Assembly (NCBI GenBank): GCA_025054795.1
Contig: JANWZU010000162.1
Location: 1 to 27,733, forward strand
Origin: Candidatus Caldarchaeum sp.
GTDB lineage: Archaea > Thermoproteota > Nitrososphaeria_A > Caldarchaeales > Caldarchaeaceae
DNA length: 27,733 nucleotides
Direction: 5' to 3'
This document shows, in pieces, positions 16,868-25,709 of the stretch. The position numbers and the translations under genes were made by a program. The notes beneath the pieces are model-generated. The model did no database searches and was not told where the DNA came from. It worked only from the letters and a program-made list of their open reading frames with translations. Within the stretch, counting starts at the first letter, position 1; each line of letters starts with the position of its first letter.

Positions 16868-18655
16868 CTAGCTCTTAGGTTCCTTACCCGAGCCGGGACC
16901 GCCTTCGCCGTATACTGCGCCGCCGATTTTCTGAGCGGCCTTCTTCAGACGCTCCAGTGAGTCCTTGATGGCTGACACGTCTTTTCCAGCCAGAGCCTCC
17001 TTCAGCTTCCTAACCTGCTCCTCAACCTCTTTCCTTGTTTCGCCGGGAACCTTGTCTCCAAGCTCGTTCAAAGCCTTCTCTACGGTGTAGATGACGGAGT
17101 CGGCCTCGTTCCTCAGCTCAGCCTCCTGCTTCTTCCGCCTGTCCTGTTCAGCGAACTGCTCCGCCTCCCGTATCATCCGGTCTATCTCCTCCTTCGAGAG
17201 CCTGTGGGGGGCGGTTATCTTGATGCTCATGTCTCTGCCTGTGCCCAAGTCCTTAGCCGTGACTGTAAGTATGCCGTCGGCGTTGATGTCGAAAGTCACC
17301 TCGATCTTGGGAACACCTTTAGGAGCCGGCGGGATTCCTGAAAGCGTGAACCTTCCGAGAGAGACGTTGTCAGCAGCCATAGGCCTCTCACCCTGAAGCA
17401 CGTGGATCTCGACGCTTGTCTGAAAATCGGCGGCGGTGGTGAAGACCTCGCTGCGTCTGATTGGGATCGTGGTGTTTCTGTCTATAATCTTCGTGAATAT
17501 TCCTCCGAGCGTCTCGACGCCCAGAGATATGGGCACCACGTCCAGCAGCACTATGTCCTTGTCCTTCATCTCGCCGGCCAGTATGGCTCCTTGTATTGCA
17601 GCGCCCATCGCAACGCACTCCATAGGGTCTACTCCACGCTCAGGCTCCTTTCCCAAAACCTCCTTGATGAACTCTTGAACTATCGGCATCCTCGTGGGGC
17701 CTCCGACCAGTATGATTTTGTCGATGTCCTCCGGCTGAAGCTTTGCGTCTTGAAGGGCTTGGTTCACGGGTGTACGGCATCGCTCGATTATCGGCCTGAC
17801 TAGGTTTTCTAGCGTTGCCCGGTTGATCCTCATGTACAGGTTTTTAGGACCGGAGGAGTCGTAGGCTATGTAGGGTAGGTTTATCTCTGTCTCGGTCATC
17901 GACGAAAGCTCTATCTTGGCCCTCTCAGCAGCTTCCCTAACACGGTTCATGGCTGAAGCGTCTTTCCGCAGGTCGATGCCTGTATCCTTCCGATAGCTGT
18001 CCACTATGTAGTCGACCAGAGCTTTGTCCATGTCTGTTCCGCCAAGCTGAGTGTCGCCGGATGTGGCCTTAACTTCGAAAACACCCTGCCCAAACTCCAT
18101 TATAGTTACGTCTAAGGTTCCGCCTCCGAGGTCGAAGACGAGTATCTTCATCTCTTGGTCCAGCTTGTTGAGACCGTATGCCAAGGCGGCTGCAGTAGGC
18201 TCGTTGATTATCCTCACAACCTCAAGACCTGCTATGGCTCCGGCGTCTTTCGTCGCCTGCCTCTGGTTGTCGTTGAAATATGCTGGGACCGTGATTACGG
18301 CTTTTTTGACGGGTTCGCCGAGGAAGGCTTCAGCATCACGTTTGATCTTCTGGAGAAGGAAGGCTGAAAGCTGCTGAGGTGTGTACTCTTTGCCGTGGAG
18401 GACGTATTTGTGGTCGGACCCCATTTTCCGCTTCCAAGCGGTGACCGTGCCTTCTGGGTTCAGAACAGCCTGTCTACGAGCTGGTTCGCCTACTATCAGC
18501 TCATTCTCCTTTGTTATCGCTACGTATGACGGGAAGGCTTTGCCGTACAAAGTCACCCCTTCGACCGAGGGAATTATCGTCGGCCGTCCACCTATCACTA
18601 CCGCTGCAGCCGAGTTGCTTGTACCCAAGTCTATTCCGATAATTTTCTCAACCAT
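16868..18655 (-). CDS. dnaK: Chaperone DnaK (Hsp70)
   Basis: [44 protein letters not shown]; short subdomain IB as in archaeal and Gram-positive DnaK. Confidence 0.98.
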   Translation of the reverse strand: MVEKIIGIDLGTSNSAAAVVIGGRPTIIPSVEGVTLYGKAFPSYVAITKENELIVGEPARRQAVLNPEGTVTAWKRKMGSDHKYVLHGKEYTPQQLSAFLLQKIKRDAEAFLGEPVKKAVITVPAYFNDNQRQATKDAGAIAGLEVVRIINEPTAAALAYGLNKLDQEMKILVFDLGGGTLDVTIMEFGQGVFEVKATSGDTQLGGTDMDKALVDYIVDSYRKDTGIDLRKDASAMNRVREAAERAKIELSSMTETEINLPYIAYDSSGPKNLYMRINRATLENLVRPIIERCRTPVNQALQDAKLQPEDIDKIILVGGPTRMPIVQEFIKEVLGKEPERGVDPMECVAMGAAIQGAILAGEMKDKDIVLLDVVPISLGVETLGGIFTKIIDRNTTIPIRRSEVFTTAADFQTSVEIHVLQGERPMAADNVSLGRFTLSGIPPAPKGVPKIEVTFDINADGILTVTAKDLGTGRDMSIKITAPHRLSKEEIDRMIREAEQFAEQDRRKKQEAELRNEADSVIYTVEKALNELGDKVPGETRKEVEEQVRKLKEALAGKDVSAIKDSLERLKKAAQKIGGAVYGEGGPGSGKEPKS

Positions 18656-18663
18656 ATCCCACT

Positions 18664-18712
18664 ACCTCTTCCGAACACTACCAACCCATCACATTTACAA
18701 CCGAAATTAAAA
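18664..18712 (-). promoter_or_regulatory. dnaK promoter and RBS: TATA TTTTAATT (18712-18705), SD GAGGT (18668-18664)
   Basis: TATA about 50 nt upstream of ATG and an SD-like GAGGT 8 nt upstream of ATG in an 82-nt intergenic gap. Confidence 0.5.
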
Positions 18713-18737
18713 GCTATACCCCTCTACTTTTCTCGCA

Positions 18738-19664
18738 TCAGGCTGCCAGAAGAAGGAAGAACAGATAAAGAACCAGCAGAATGACCCCGCTCACCCTAGT
18801 TATTGTTCCTCGGGAGACGAAGAACCAGAAGGTCGATGTTGCTAGAAGTAGAAACAAAACCGTGAAAGTGTGTTGTTGAAAAACTAGGGTTGTCCGTGAT
18901 ACCAGCAGCAGCGACCCGAGAATCAGTGTGATGTTTGTTAGGTTTGAGCCTATGGCGTTGCCCAGAGCCATTTCATACTCCCGTCTCCTCATCGAAGCCA
19001 GCACTGTGACGAGCTCGGGAGCCGACGTCGACACAGCGACCATCTTAGCGCCAACCTCCAGCTCGGAAAGACCAGTATACTCAACCACGCTTCTAGCCGC
19101 CGAAACAAGCACCATAGCTGAAACAATAACACCCAACCCGCCTATGACAACTGCAGACAGTATCGCTGGATAACCATAGCCTGGTATGTGCGGTTTTGTG
19201 TTTAGGGTTTTAGATGTCCTGTATGTGATGTAAGCGTAAGATACGAATACCAGTATAAGTAGAACGCCTGTCTCGATGAAGACTTGAGGAACGAAAACAA
19301 GTAGAATCGGTATGAGAGAGGAGAAGTAAAGCACGGCAGCAAGGTCTTTGAGCAAGTTCATTCCGACGCTTATTATCCTAGTTATGAACAGGGATGAGAG
19401 ACCTACGACTAGACAGATGTTCACGATGTTTGAGCCGAGTATGTCGCCTACCGAGAGCTCGACAACTCCTTGAACCGCTGAGAAGACAGCGACTGTCATC
19501 TCCGGCATCGAGGTAAGAACAGAAAGAAGGACGAAGCCTATCAGAAAACGGCCCAAACCCAACTTGTCCGAAAGAGCCTCGGCTCCCCTTACGAGCAGGT
19601 ATCCGAACGAAGAAACCCCCGCCGCAGCGACGACAAAAACGGCCAAAGCCTCATACAAACTCAT
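18738..19664 (-). CDS. Na+/Ca2+ exchanger family (CaCA, YrbG/NCX_Mj-like) antiporter
   Basis: About 10 TM segments with two alpha repeats: TSMPE...GSNIVN and TSAPE...GSNLTN. Confidence 0.9.
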   Translation of the reverse strand: MSLYEALAVFVVAAAGVSSFGYLLVRGAEALSDKLGLGRFLIGFVLLSVLTSMPEMTVAVFSAVQGVVELSVGDILGSNIVNICLVVGLSSLFITRIISVGMNLLKDLAAVLYFSSLIPILLVFVPQVFIETGVLLILVFVSYAYITYRTSKTLNTKPHIPGYGYPAILSAVVIGGLGVIVSAMVLVSAARSVVEYTGLSELEVGAKMVAVSTSAPELVTVLASMRRREYEMALGNAIGSNLTNITLILGSLLLVSRTTLVFQQHTFTVLFLLLATSTFWFFVSRGTITRVSGVILLVLYLFFLLLAA

Positions 19665-19697
19665 CCAAACACCGCACCGATGACCAAGGTTGTTCTA

Positions 19698-20168
19698 CTA
19701 GGGTGGTTTGTAAGGTTTTGCCACCTTTACCTTCGGAGGCTTTAGAATTCTGTTATGCAGTTTATAGCCGGGCGAGACAACCTCCACCACCGTCTCTACT
19801 GATACATCGCTGCTTTCGATAAACTCTACTGCTTCGTGGTCGAATGGGTTAAACTCTTTACCCATGACGTCCATTTTCTCCAACCCTTCGGACTGGAGCA
19901 GGTTTTCCAACTCCTTGAAAAGCATTATCACAGCTTCATAGACCGTGGGGTTGACGGACTCGGCGCTCAATCCTCTAACGACTCTTTCAAAATCCTCGTA
20001 AAACGGCAGAAGCTTTCTCATGATTCTCTCCACAGCGGCCGACTCGCTTCTTCGCACCTCGTTCTCCATCACTCTTCTAAGGTTGGCCAGCTCGGCCTTC
20101 GCATACAACAGGCTTTCCATCAGCTCCTTCTTCTCAGCCTCCAAAGCCTTGACAGTATCGTCAGACAT
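19698..20168 (-). CDS. grpE: Nucleotide exchange factor GrpE
   Basis: AELANLRR, LLPFYEDFER, FNPFDHEAV, GYKLHNRILKPPKVKV. Confidence 0.93.
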   Translation of the reverse strand: MSDDTVKALEAEKKELMESLLYAKAELANLRRVMENEVRRSESAAVERIMRKLLPFYEDFERVVRGLSAESVNPTVYEAVIMLFKELENLLQSEGLEKMDVMGKEFNPFDHEAVEFIESSDVSVETVVEVVSPGYKLHNRILKPPKVKVAKPYKPP

Positions 20169-20191
20169 TCTAGGAATAGAAACAGCGTGGC

Positions 20192-20223
20192 CCTATTTGT
20201 GTTTCTGAAAATAGGTTTAAACC
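20192..20223. promoter_or_regulatory. Bidirectional promoter: palindromic TATA GGTTTAAACC plus inverted repeat CCTATTT-N10-AAATAGG
   Basis: Read directly in the 81-nt gap between divergent grpE and rpl31e. Confidence 0.55.
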
Positions 20224-20249
20224 ATGCCCGTTTGAAGTCGGAGATAGGT

Positions 20250-20537
20250 TTGAGCGAAGAGGCTGAGAAGGTTTTCACGATTCCGCTGGGCGATGCATGG
20301 AAAGGCTCGAGGCTAAGAAGAGCCGACGCAGCAGTCCGAATCGTCAAGGAATATGTTAAACGCCACTCCAAGGCCGAGAACGTGAAGATTTCCCCGAAGG
20401 TCGTTGAAAAGATATGGGAGAACGGCCGGCAGAACCCCCCTAGAAGAATTAGGGTTGTTCTGGACGAGGAGGATGAGGAAACCGTAACTGTTAGGTTGGA
20501 GGGAGAGAAAAAGGAAGAAGAGGAAGAGGAGGAGTAG
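20250..20537 (+). CDS. rpl31e: Ribosomal protein L31e
   Basis: FTIPL..RRADAAVRIVKEYVKRH..VKIS..IWENG..PPRRIRV; TTG 20250 with GGAG upstream; lies inside the longer ORF 19836-20537; acidic tail. Confidence 0.92.
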   Translation: MSEEAEKVFTIPLGDAWKGSRLRRADAAVRIVKEYVKRHSKAENVKISPKVVEKIWENGRQNPPRRIRVVLDEEDEETVTVRLEGEKKEEEEEEE

Positions 20538-20547
20538 GTAAAACCTC

Positions 20548-21216
20548 ATGGAGATACGTCTGGAGACTGTCTTGGGCTCGGCTGAAGTTGGGCTCTTCGC
20601 CTTATCAACAGACAAGTACCTACTGGTTTCCAAGCAGGTCAATCCTTCGAAGAGACGACTTTTCGAAGAGGTTTTGAAGACTGAGGCTGTGGCCATCTCG
20701 CTGTCCGACAGCATTCTTCTTTCACCCTTCGCGGCAGGGAACTCAAACGGGCTGATACTTACGGGCCTCACCCTAGTCGATGAGTTTGAGGCTGTTAGGA
20801 GGACATTAAAAGAAATCAACGTAATCAAACTTGCCTCTAAACACACCGCAGTCGGCAACTTGATCCTCTGCAACGATAAAGGTGCTTTAGTGAGTCCTGT
20901 TCTCGGGAGGGCGGCGGTCAAGACTGTTGGTGAAGTTCTTGGAGTTGAAGCGGCCCCCGGAACTTTGGCTGGAAGAACCTACATAGGTTCTCTAGCGGTT
21001 GCCACAAACAGCGGAGCCATGGTTCACATAGAGGCTTCGGAGGAGGAGATCGAGCTTGTTGAGAGTGTTCTGAAGGTTGAGGCCGAGCCGGGCACAGTTA
21101 ACGGTGGGCTGCGTTTCCTGAGAAGCAGCATCGTAGCCAACTCTTGGGGGGTTGTGGCTGGAGCTAGGACAACGGGCCCGGAGCTGATGACGATTTCTAG
21201 AGTTTTTCAGCGATGA
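20548..21216 (+). CDS. eif6: Translation initiation factor 6 (aIF6)
   Basis: GSAEVGLF, GNSNG, VGNLILCNDKGALV, GTVNGG, VANSWG..GARTTGPEL. Confidence 0.93.
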   Translation: MEIRLETVLGSAEVGLFALSTDKYLLVSKQVNPSKRRLFEEVLKTEAVAISLSDSILLSPFAAGNSNGLILTGLTLVDEFEAVRRTLKEINVIKLASKHTAVGNLILCNDKGALVSPVLGRAAVKTVGEVLGVEAAPGTLAGRTYIGSLAVATNSGAMVHIEASEEEIELVESVLKVEAEPGTVNGGLRFLRSSIVANSWGVVAGARTTGPELMTISRVFQR

Positions 21217-21248
21217 CGTTATTAACAGCTGTTCGGTTTTGATGTACG

Positions 21249-21674
21249 ATGTCCGAGGCTGAGATAACGCAGGCTTTGGAGGAGCTTCAGGTGATTGAAA
21301 GGGTCGTTGCTGAGCTCCAAGCAAGGATACTGACTGTGCAGCGTTCCATCATCGAGCATGAAGAGGCTGTTAAGCTGCTTGAGGAGATGAAAAAGTCAGG
21401 CGAAAAGATGCGGGTGATGGTTCCTCTGGGGGCGGGGGCTTTCGCTGAGGCTAGCCTCGAGTCGCTGGATAGAATAACGGTAAACATCGGCGCAGGAGTC
21501 TACGCCGTTAAAGCTTTAGACGACACACAGCAGCTTTTAACCCGAAGAAGCCAAAGCCTCCAAGCAGCTCTCGAAAACCTCACAAAAAGAGCCGGCGAAT
21601 ACTCTGTCAGAGCTGAGGAGCTGCGAAGGTTCGTCGGAGCGGCTTTAACAACTCAGCGCAAACAAGGCAGCTGA
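21249..21674 (+). CDS. pfdA: Prefoldin alpha subunit
   Basis: Coiled coil, VMVPLGAGAFAEA..ITVNIGAGVY, coiled coil; conserved gene context. Confidence 0.92.
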   Translation: MSEAEITQALEELQVIERVVAELQARILTVQRSIIEHEEAVKLLEEMKKSGEKMRVMVPLGAGAFAEASLESLDRITVNIGAGVYAVKALDDTQQLLTRRSQSLQAALENLTKRAGEYSVRAEELRRFVGAALTTQRKQGS

Positions 21675-21675
21675 A

Positions 21676-22584
21676 ATGTTGAAGGGGATTTCAAAGGCTT
21701 TCGCAGGAGTTGTGGACAGAATCGCATCAACTCAGCTCTCCGCCGACGAGTCTGAGAGAATTCTGTCCGACTTCTACTACCAGCTTGTTGCATCCGACGT
21801 GGCGGTTGAGACGGCCGAGGTTGTTGTCGCAAACCTTAGGGAAGGCCTGCAGTCCGTCAAAGTTCCAAGGTTCTCCAGCAACCGTGAAGCCGTGAAAGAT
21901 TTTCTGAAGAAAGCTCTTGAGCAGTTGATAAAGACAGCGGACGTGGAGCAAATCGTTAAACGGGCTGAGGAGAAGAAGAAACAGGGGAGACCTGTTGTAA
22001 TTCTGTTCGTGGGCCCGAACGGTTCCGGCAAAACCACTACGGTCGTCAAAATCGCAAGCTACCTTAGAAGGCGTGGATACACGGTTATTCTTGCTTCATC
22101 GGACACGTTCAGAGCCGGAGCGATAGAACAGCTGGAGATTCTGGGTAGCAAAGCAGGGTTTCTGGTCGTTAGCCAGCACTACGGAGCCGACCCAGCGTCA
22201 GTCGCCTTCGACGCAGTGAACAAAGCCGTAGCCATGCGTGTGAACTTCGTTTTGATAGACACGGCCGGCAGAACCGAGGTTGACAGGGGGCTGCTTGAGG
22301 AGATGCGCAAAATCAAAAGGGTTGTCAACCCCGACTATGTGATATACACGGGAGATGCGTTGGCCGGGAACGTAGCTGTCAACCAAGCCCGTATGTTCCA
22401 CGAGGTTGTTGGGCTGGATTTCGTTGTGCTGGCCAAGTTCGACGCTGACGCAAAAGGAGGTTCGACGATATCCATATCTCACGCAACCAACGTTCCTCTT
22501 CTCTTTCTTGGAACAGGCCAGTCTCTTGAAGACTTGGACGACAACCCTCGAAGAAGAATTCTGGAAACCCTTTCCCTAGGCTGA
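21676..22584 (+). CDS. ftsY: Signal recognition particle receptor FtsY
   Basis: GPNGSGKTTT, DTFRAGAIEQL, DTAGR, AKFDADAKGG, GTGQ. Confidence 0.95.
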   Translation: MLKGISKAFAGVVDRIASTQLSADESERILSDFYYQLVASDVAVETAEVVVANLREGLQSVKVPRFSSNREAVKDFLKKALEQLIKTADVEQIVKRAEEKKKQGRPVVILFVGPNGSGKTTTVVKIASYLRRRGYTVILASSDTFRAGAIEQLEILGSKAGFLVVSQHYGADPASVAFDAVNKAVAMRVNFVLIDTAGRTEVDRGLLEEMRKIKRVVNPDYVIYTGDALAGNVAVNQARMFHEVVGLDFVVLAKFDADAKGGSTISISHATNVPLLFLGTGQSLEDLDDNPRRRILETLSLG

Positions 22585-22630
22585 GGACGCATCTATAGAT
22601 TTATGTTAAGGCTACATCCTTTCAACATGG

Positions 22631-23251
22631 ATGGAGACTCTTAAGCAGCTGAGCCGGGCGAGAGAGTTTAAAGGCCCTTCGCCGGCTTTCACAGCCATCC
22701 AGCTAATCTACGCAGTAATCCTGATAGGCTCTTCAGCGGTTATGGGGAGGAAGAGGCTTACCAGCCAGCTTGGTTTGGGAGAGGGAACTGTAAGGACTAT
22801 GCTTGCTCGTCTGGTTAGCTGGGAGCTGGCTTTCTCAACCAGAGAAGGGTTGAGGCTGACGCAGAAAGGCGTCGACTTGTATCAATTTCTTACAAAGACT
22901 ATCACGGAGTTGAAGAGGGTTGAGTTTGAAATGCCGTGGACTGCCCCGCACAACTACGGTGTGGTGGTCAAGGACGCTGCCGACAGAGTTTCGACGGGTG
23001 TGGAGGAGCGTGATGAAGCAGTCAGGAACGGCGCCTCGGCTGCGATGGTTCTAACCTACCTCGCCGATGGTCTGCACATGCCACGAGTTTCCAACCTTTC
23101 CGTCGAGAGGCCCGACTTCGCCGAGAAAGTGATAAAATTCTTCACCCCGTCGGAAAACGACGTAATCCTGATAACCGGCGCTGACGACGAGGCTAAGGCC
23201 AGATACTCCGCTCTGGCTGCGGCGGTCAAGCTCGTCGTCGGAAAAGCTTAA
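22631..23251 (+). CDS. Winged-HTH protein with GAD-like C-terminal domain (PH0730/DUF4443-like), putative regulator
   Basis: MGRKRLTSQLGLGEGTVRTMLARL HTH; GVEERDEAVRNGASAA resembles this family's C-terminal domain. Confidence 0.7.
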   Translation: METLKQLSRAREFKGPSPAFTAIQLIYAVILIGSSAVMGRKRLTSQLGLGEGTVRTMLARLVSWELAFSTREGLRLTQKGVDLYQFLTKTITELKRVEFEMPWTAPHNYGVVVKDAADRVSTGVEERDEAVRNGASAAMVLTYLADGLHMPRVSNLSVERPDFAEKVIKFFTPSENDVILITGADDEAKARYSALAAAVKLVVGKA

Positions 23252-23275
23252 AAAACAAGCAGAGAAAGCAACGCC

Positions 23276-24550
23276 ATGCCCCGAACTTCTAGAATAGCAG
23301 GTTTCTATCATCTAAGCCCAGACGAGCGTCTGAAGAAAGTTGCGGAGTTCGCTTCACTCACGAATGAGGAAGCTCAAACAATCCGGTCTGGAGGGCTCGA
23401 CATAACGACGGCCAGCAGAATGATTGAGAACGTCGTCGGCCTCTTCCCTCTACCCTTAGGTATAGCAGCAAACTTCTTGATAAACGGCGTCGACTACCTA
23501 GTTCCGATGGCGATTGAGGAGCCGTCGGTTGTGGCTGCTGCCTCCAACGCTGCCAAGATGGCTCGAGACGGCGGCGGCGTTCATTCTTTTCAGGGCCAGC
23601 AGCTTATGATGGGGCAGGTCCAGCTGGTGAATGTGCCCAACCCCTACGCCGCCAAGATGGAGATACTCAGAAGCAAGGACGAGATCATATCAGCGGCCAA
23701 CGAGAGAGACCCCGTCCTAGTCAACCTAGGCGGAGGAGCCAAGGATGTCGAAGTGAGGGTTGTTCAGACCGAGCTTGGCCCGATGGTCATAGTCCACCTA
23801 GTCGTGGACGTCAAGGACGCTATGGGAGCTAACGCCGTCAACACGATGTGCGAAGCCGTCGCACCCATGCTAGCTAGAATCTCAGGCGGCAGCTTCAGGC
23901 TTAGGATAATTTCGAACCTCGCAGACAAAAGGCTGGTAAGGGCCTACGCCCTTGTTCCAGCTAAGTCGGTCGGAGGGGAGGAGGTGGCTCGAGGGATAGT
24001 TGAAGCCTACCACTTCGCAAAAGCAGACCCTTACAGGGCTGCAACCCACAACAAGGGCATAATGAACGGGATAGACGCAGTCGCAATAGCCACGGGCAAC
24101 GACTGGAGAGCTTTGGAAGCAGGGGCTCATGCGTATGCATCTCGGACAGGCAGATACGAGCCTCTGACGGTGTGGGAGCAGATGCCCAACGGCGACCTCC
24201 ACGGCAGCATAGAGGTCCCGCTGGCTGTGGGTATAGTGGGCGGAGCAACTAGGACCAACCCCGTCGCAAAGCTTTCTCTAAAAATTCTCGGCGTGAAGAC
24301 CGCTAGAGAGTTGGCTGAGGTTATGGCTGCCGTTGGATTGGTCCAGAACCTCGCTGCTTTGAGGGCTTTGGCAGCCGAGGGGATTCAGGCGGGCCACATG
24401 TCGCTTCACGCCAAAAACATAGCTGTGATGGCTGGAGCGGTTGGAGACGAGATAGACATGGTCGCAGAGTCCATGGTTAGGGAGAAGACTATAAGAGTGG
24501 ACAGGGCTGAGGAGATTCTTTCGGAGATCAGGGCGCGCCGCCGGACCTGA
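23276..24550 (+). CDS. mvaA: Hydroxymethylglutaryl-CoA reductase, class II
   Basis: ENVVG, EEPSVVAA, DAMGAN, THNKGIMNG, GIQAGHMSLHAKN. Confidence 0.93.
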   Translation: MPRTSRIAGFYHLSPDERLKKVAEFASLTNEEAQTIRSGGLDITTASRMIENVVGLFPLPLGIAANFLINGVDYLVPMAIEEPSVVAAASNAAKMARDGGGVHSFQGQQLMMGQVQLVNVPNPYAAKMEILRSKDEIISAANERDPVLVNLGGGAKDVEVRVVQTELGPMVIVHLVVDVKDAMGANAVNTMCEAVAPMLARISGGSFRLRIISNLADKRLVRAYALVPAKSVGGEEVARGIVEAYHFAKADPYRAATHNKGIMNGIDAVAIATGNDWRALEAGAHAYASRTGRYEPLTVWEQMPNGDLHGSIEVPLAVGIVGGATRTNPVAKLSLKILGVKTARELAEVMAAVGLVQNLAALRALAAEGIQAGHMSLHAKNIAVMAGAVGDEIDMVAESMVREKTIRVDRAEEILSEIRARRRT

Positions 24551-24872
24551 GGGTCCGCCTCCATTCGTCGGGGCTGAAACGTCTCTCCATCCTCCTCAAC
24601 TCATCCTCCAAAGCCTTCTCCAAGTCGACGCCGAACCTGTTCGCAAGCTGAACAAGCAGCGTAAGCGTCTGCGCAAACTCGCTGCCAACATCCTCGCCGG
24701 GATGAGAGTGGCCTAGGTCTTGACGCTTGTATCCCTCCTTGGCGAGTATAAACCTGCCTATCTCCGTGAGCTCCTCTATTAGATGGGCGTATATCAGCGA
24801 CTCACGGAAAACCTCCCAGCCCCTCGCTTTCTCAAAATCTTCAACAACCTTCTGAAGCTCGGAGAGCCTCAT
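24528..24872 (-). CDS. MazG-like nucleotide pyrophosphohydrolase
   Basis: HLIEELTE..EFAQ..LANRFGVDLE all-alpha NTP-PPase pattern; start set at ATG 24872 (MRLSELQ). Confidence 0.75.
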   Translation of the reverse strand: MRLSELQKVVEDFEKARGWEVFRESLIYAHLIEELTEIGRFILAKEGYKRQDLGHSHPGEDVGSEFAQTLTLLVQLANRFGVDLEKALEDELRRMERRFSPDEWRRTLRSGGAP

Positions 24873-24882
24873 GCCGGCACCT

Positions 24883-25224
24883 TCACAGAAAAAGTTGCAG
24901 ATGAGGAACGTTGTCGACGTAGACAACCGACTCTCTTTTGGCGTAGCCGTTTTTGACAGCCGTTGAAACAGCTTTTTCTCCCAGCAGGTTTATTATCGTA
25001 CCCATCTTGATGTAGTCGGCTAGCTCCCTCTCGACGACAAGCACGCCCTTGTAGAAAGACTCGGCTACCTCGACCATCACACCTGTCGGAAGCTTTAGCC
25101 TCCTGCCTATCAGCTCTTCGTCGCAGACAGCGACGACAACCTCCCCACTCCTAGAGTAATGTGTCTTCACCCACAGACGTGCTGGGTTAAATTCTTCTGA
25201 CAGGGTTCTTCGCCCCGCATGCAT
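24883..25224 (-). CDS. DUF424 family protein
   Basis: VVAVCDEELIG, FYKG, IINLLGEKAV..A, PHLQ. True start is probably downstream of 25224. Confidence 0.8.
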   Translation of the reverse strand: MHAGRRTLSEEFNPARLWVKTHYSRSGEVVVAVCDEELIGRRLKLPTGVMVEVAESFYKGVLVVERELADYIKMGTIINLLGEKAVSTAVKNGYAKRESVVYVDNVPHLQLFL

Positions 25225-25627
25225 CGCAGACGAGAAACCTGAACCTTTTCTCGCTGACTATCCTAGTGTCTATGCCGTTGCAGACAGGGCAGCGGACAAA
25301 CTCCTTCATGTAAAGGTCTATCAGCTTTCTCAACTCGTCGACGCCCATCTTGCCTTGAATAACGAGCCTGTCTCCTGAGATAGAGCCGGCACGCCCTGTC
25401 TCTTTGAGCAGGAATCGGGCGAAATGAGCCGGTTCTCTGTTGAGCGTTTTGGCTATCTGCCCTAGGTTCGTCAGAGCTGTGTTTTTCGTGTCTGAGACAA
25501 GGTTGGGCCTCAATTCCAAAACTCTGTCGCCTGCAACAGACCCTCTCTTCGAAACCTTCGAGATGACCTCGTCTAACAGCTTGACGTAAACATCCTCGCC
25601 GACCAGCGTGGAGCTCACTCCAGCCAA
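25187..25627 (-). CDS. eif2b: Translation initiation factor 2 beta subunit (aIF2-beta)
   Basis: NLGQIAKTLNREPAH..FLLKE, LVIQG, C-terminal CPVC...CDACGA Zn ribbon. Start is TTG 25627 or GTG 25618; TATA spacing favours the latter. Confidence 0.93.
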   Translation of the reverse strand: MAGVSSTLVGEDVYVKLLDEVISKVSKRGSVAGDRVLELRPNLVSDTKNTALTNLGQIAKTLNREPAHFARFLLKETGRAGSISGDRLVIQGKMGVDELRKLIDLYMKEFVRCPVCNGIDTRIVSEKRFRFLVCDACGAKNPVRRI

Positions 25628-25709
25628 AATATTCCGCAGCCTCTATTTAAGAGGATTTGAAGCCTACGGTGATGCTTAAAACCAGCCGCCCACCTGATGT
25701 TCATCCGGA

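Noticed and set aside
18656-18737. CIRCE or HSR1-type heat-shock element before dnaK
   Set aside because: Neither TTAGCACTC-N9-GAGTGCTAA nor CTAAC-N5-GTTAG is present.
19836-20249. 233-aa ORF as an extended L31e fusion
   Set aside because: The upstream part is the antisense shadow of grpE plus the promoter; L31e similarity begins at TTG 20250.
20313-20921. 202-aa minus-strand ORF and the many other 60-230 aa ORFs opposite confident genes
   Set aside because: Antisense or alternate-frame shadows with no motifs, fully overlapping well-supported CDSs.
21213-21262. C/D-like pattern between aIF6 and pfdA (ATGACGT, CTGT, TTGATGT, CTGA)
   Set aside because: Three of four boxes mismatch and there is no kink-turn stem; likely chance.
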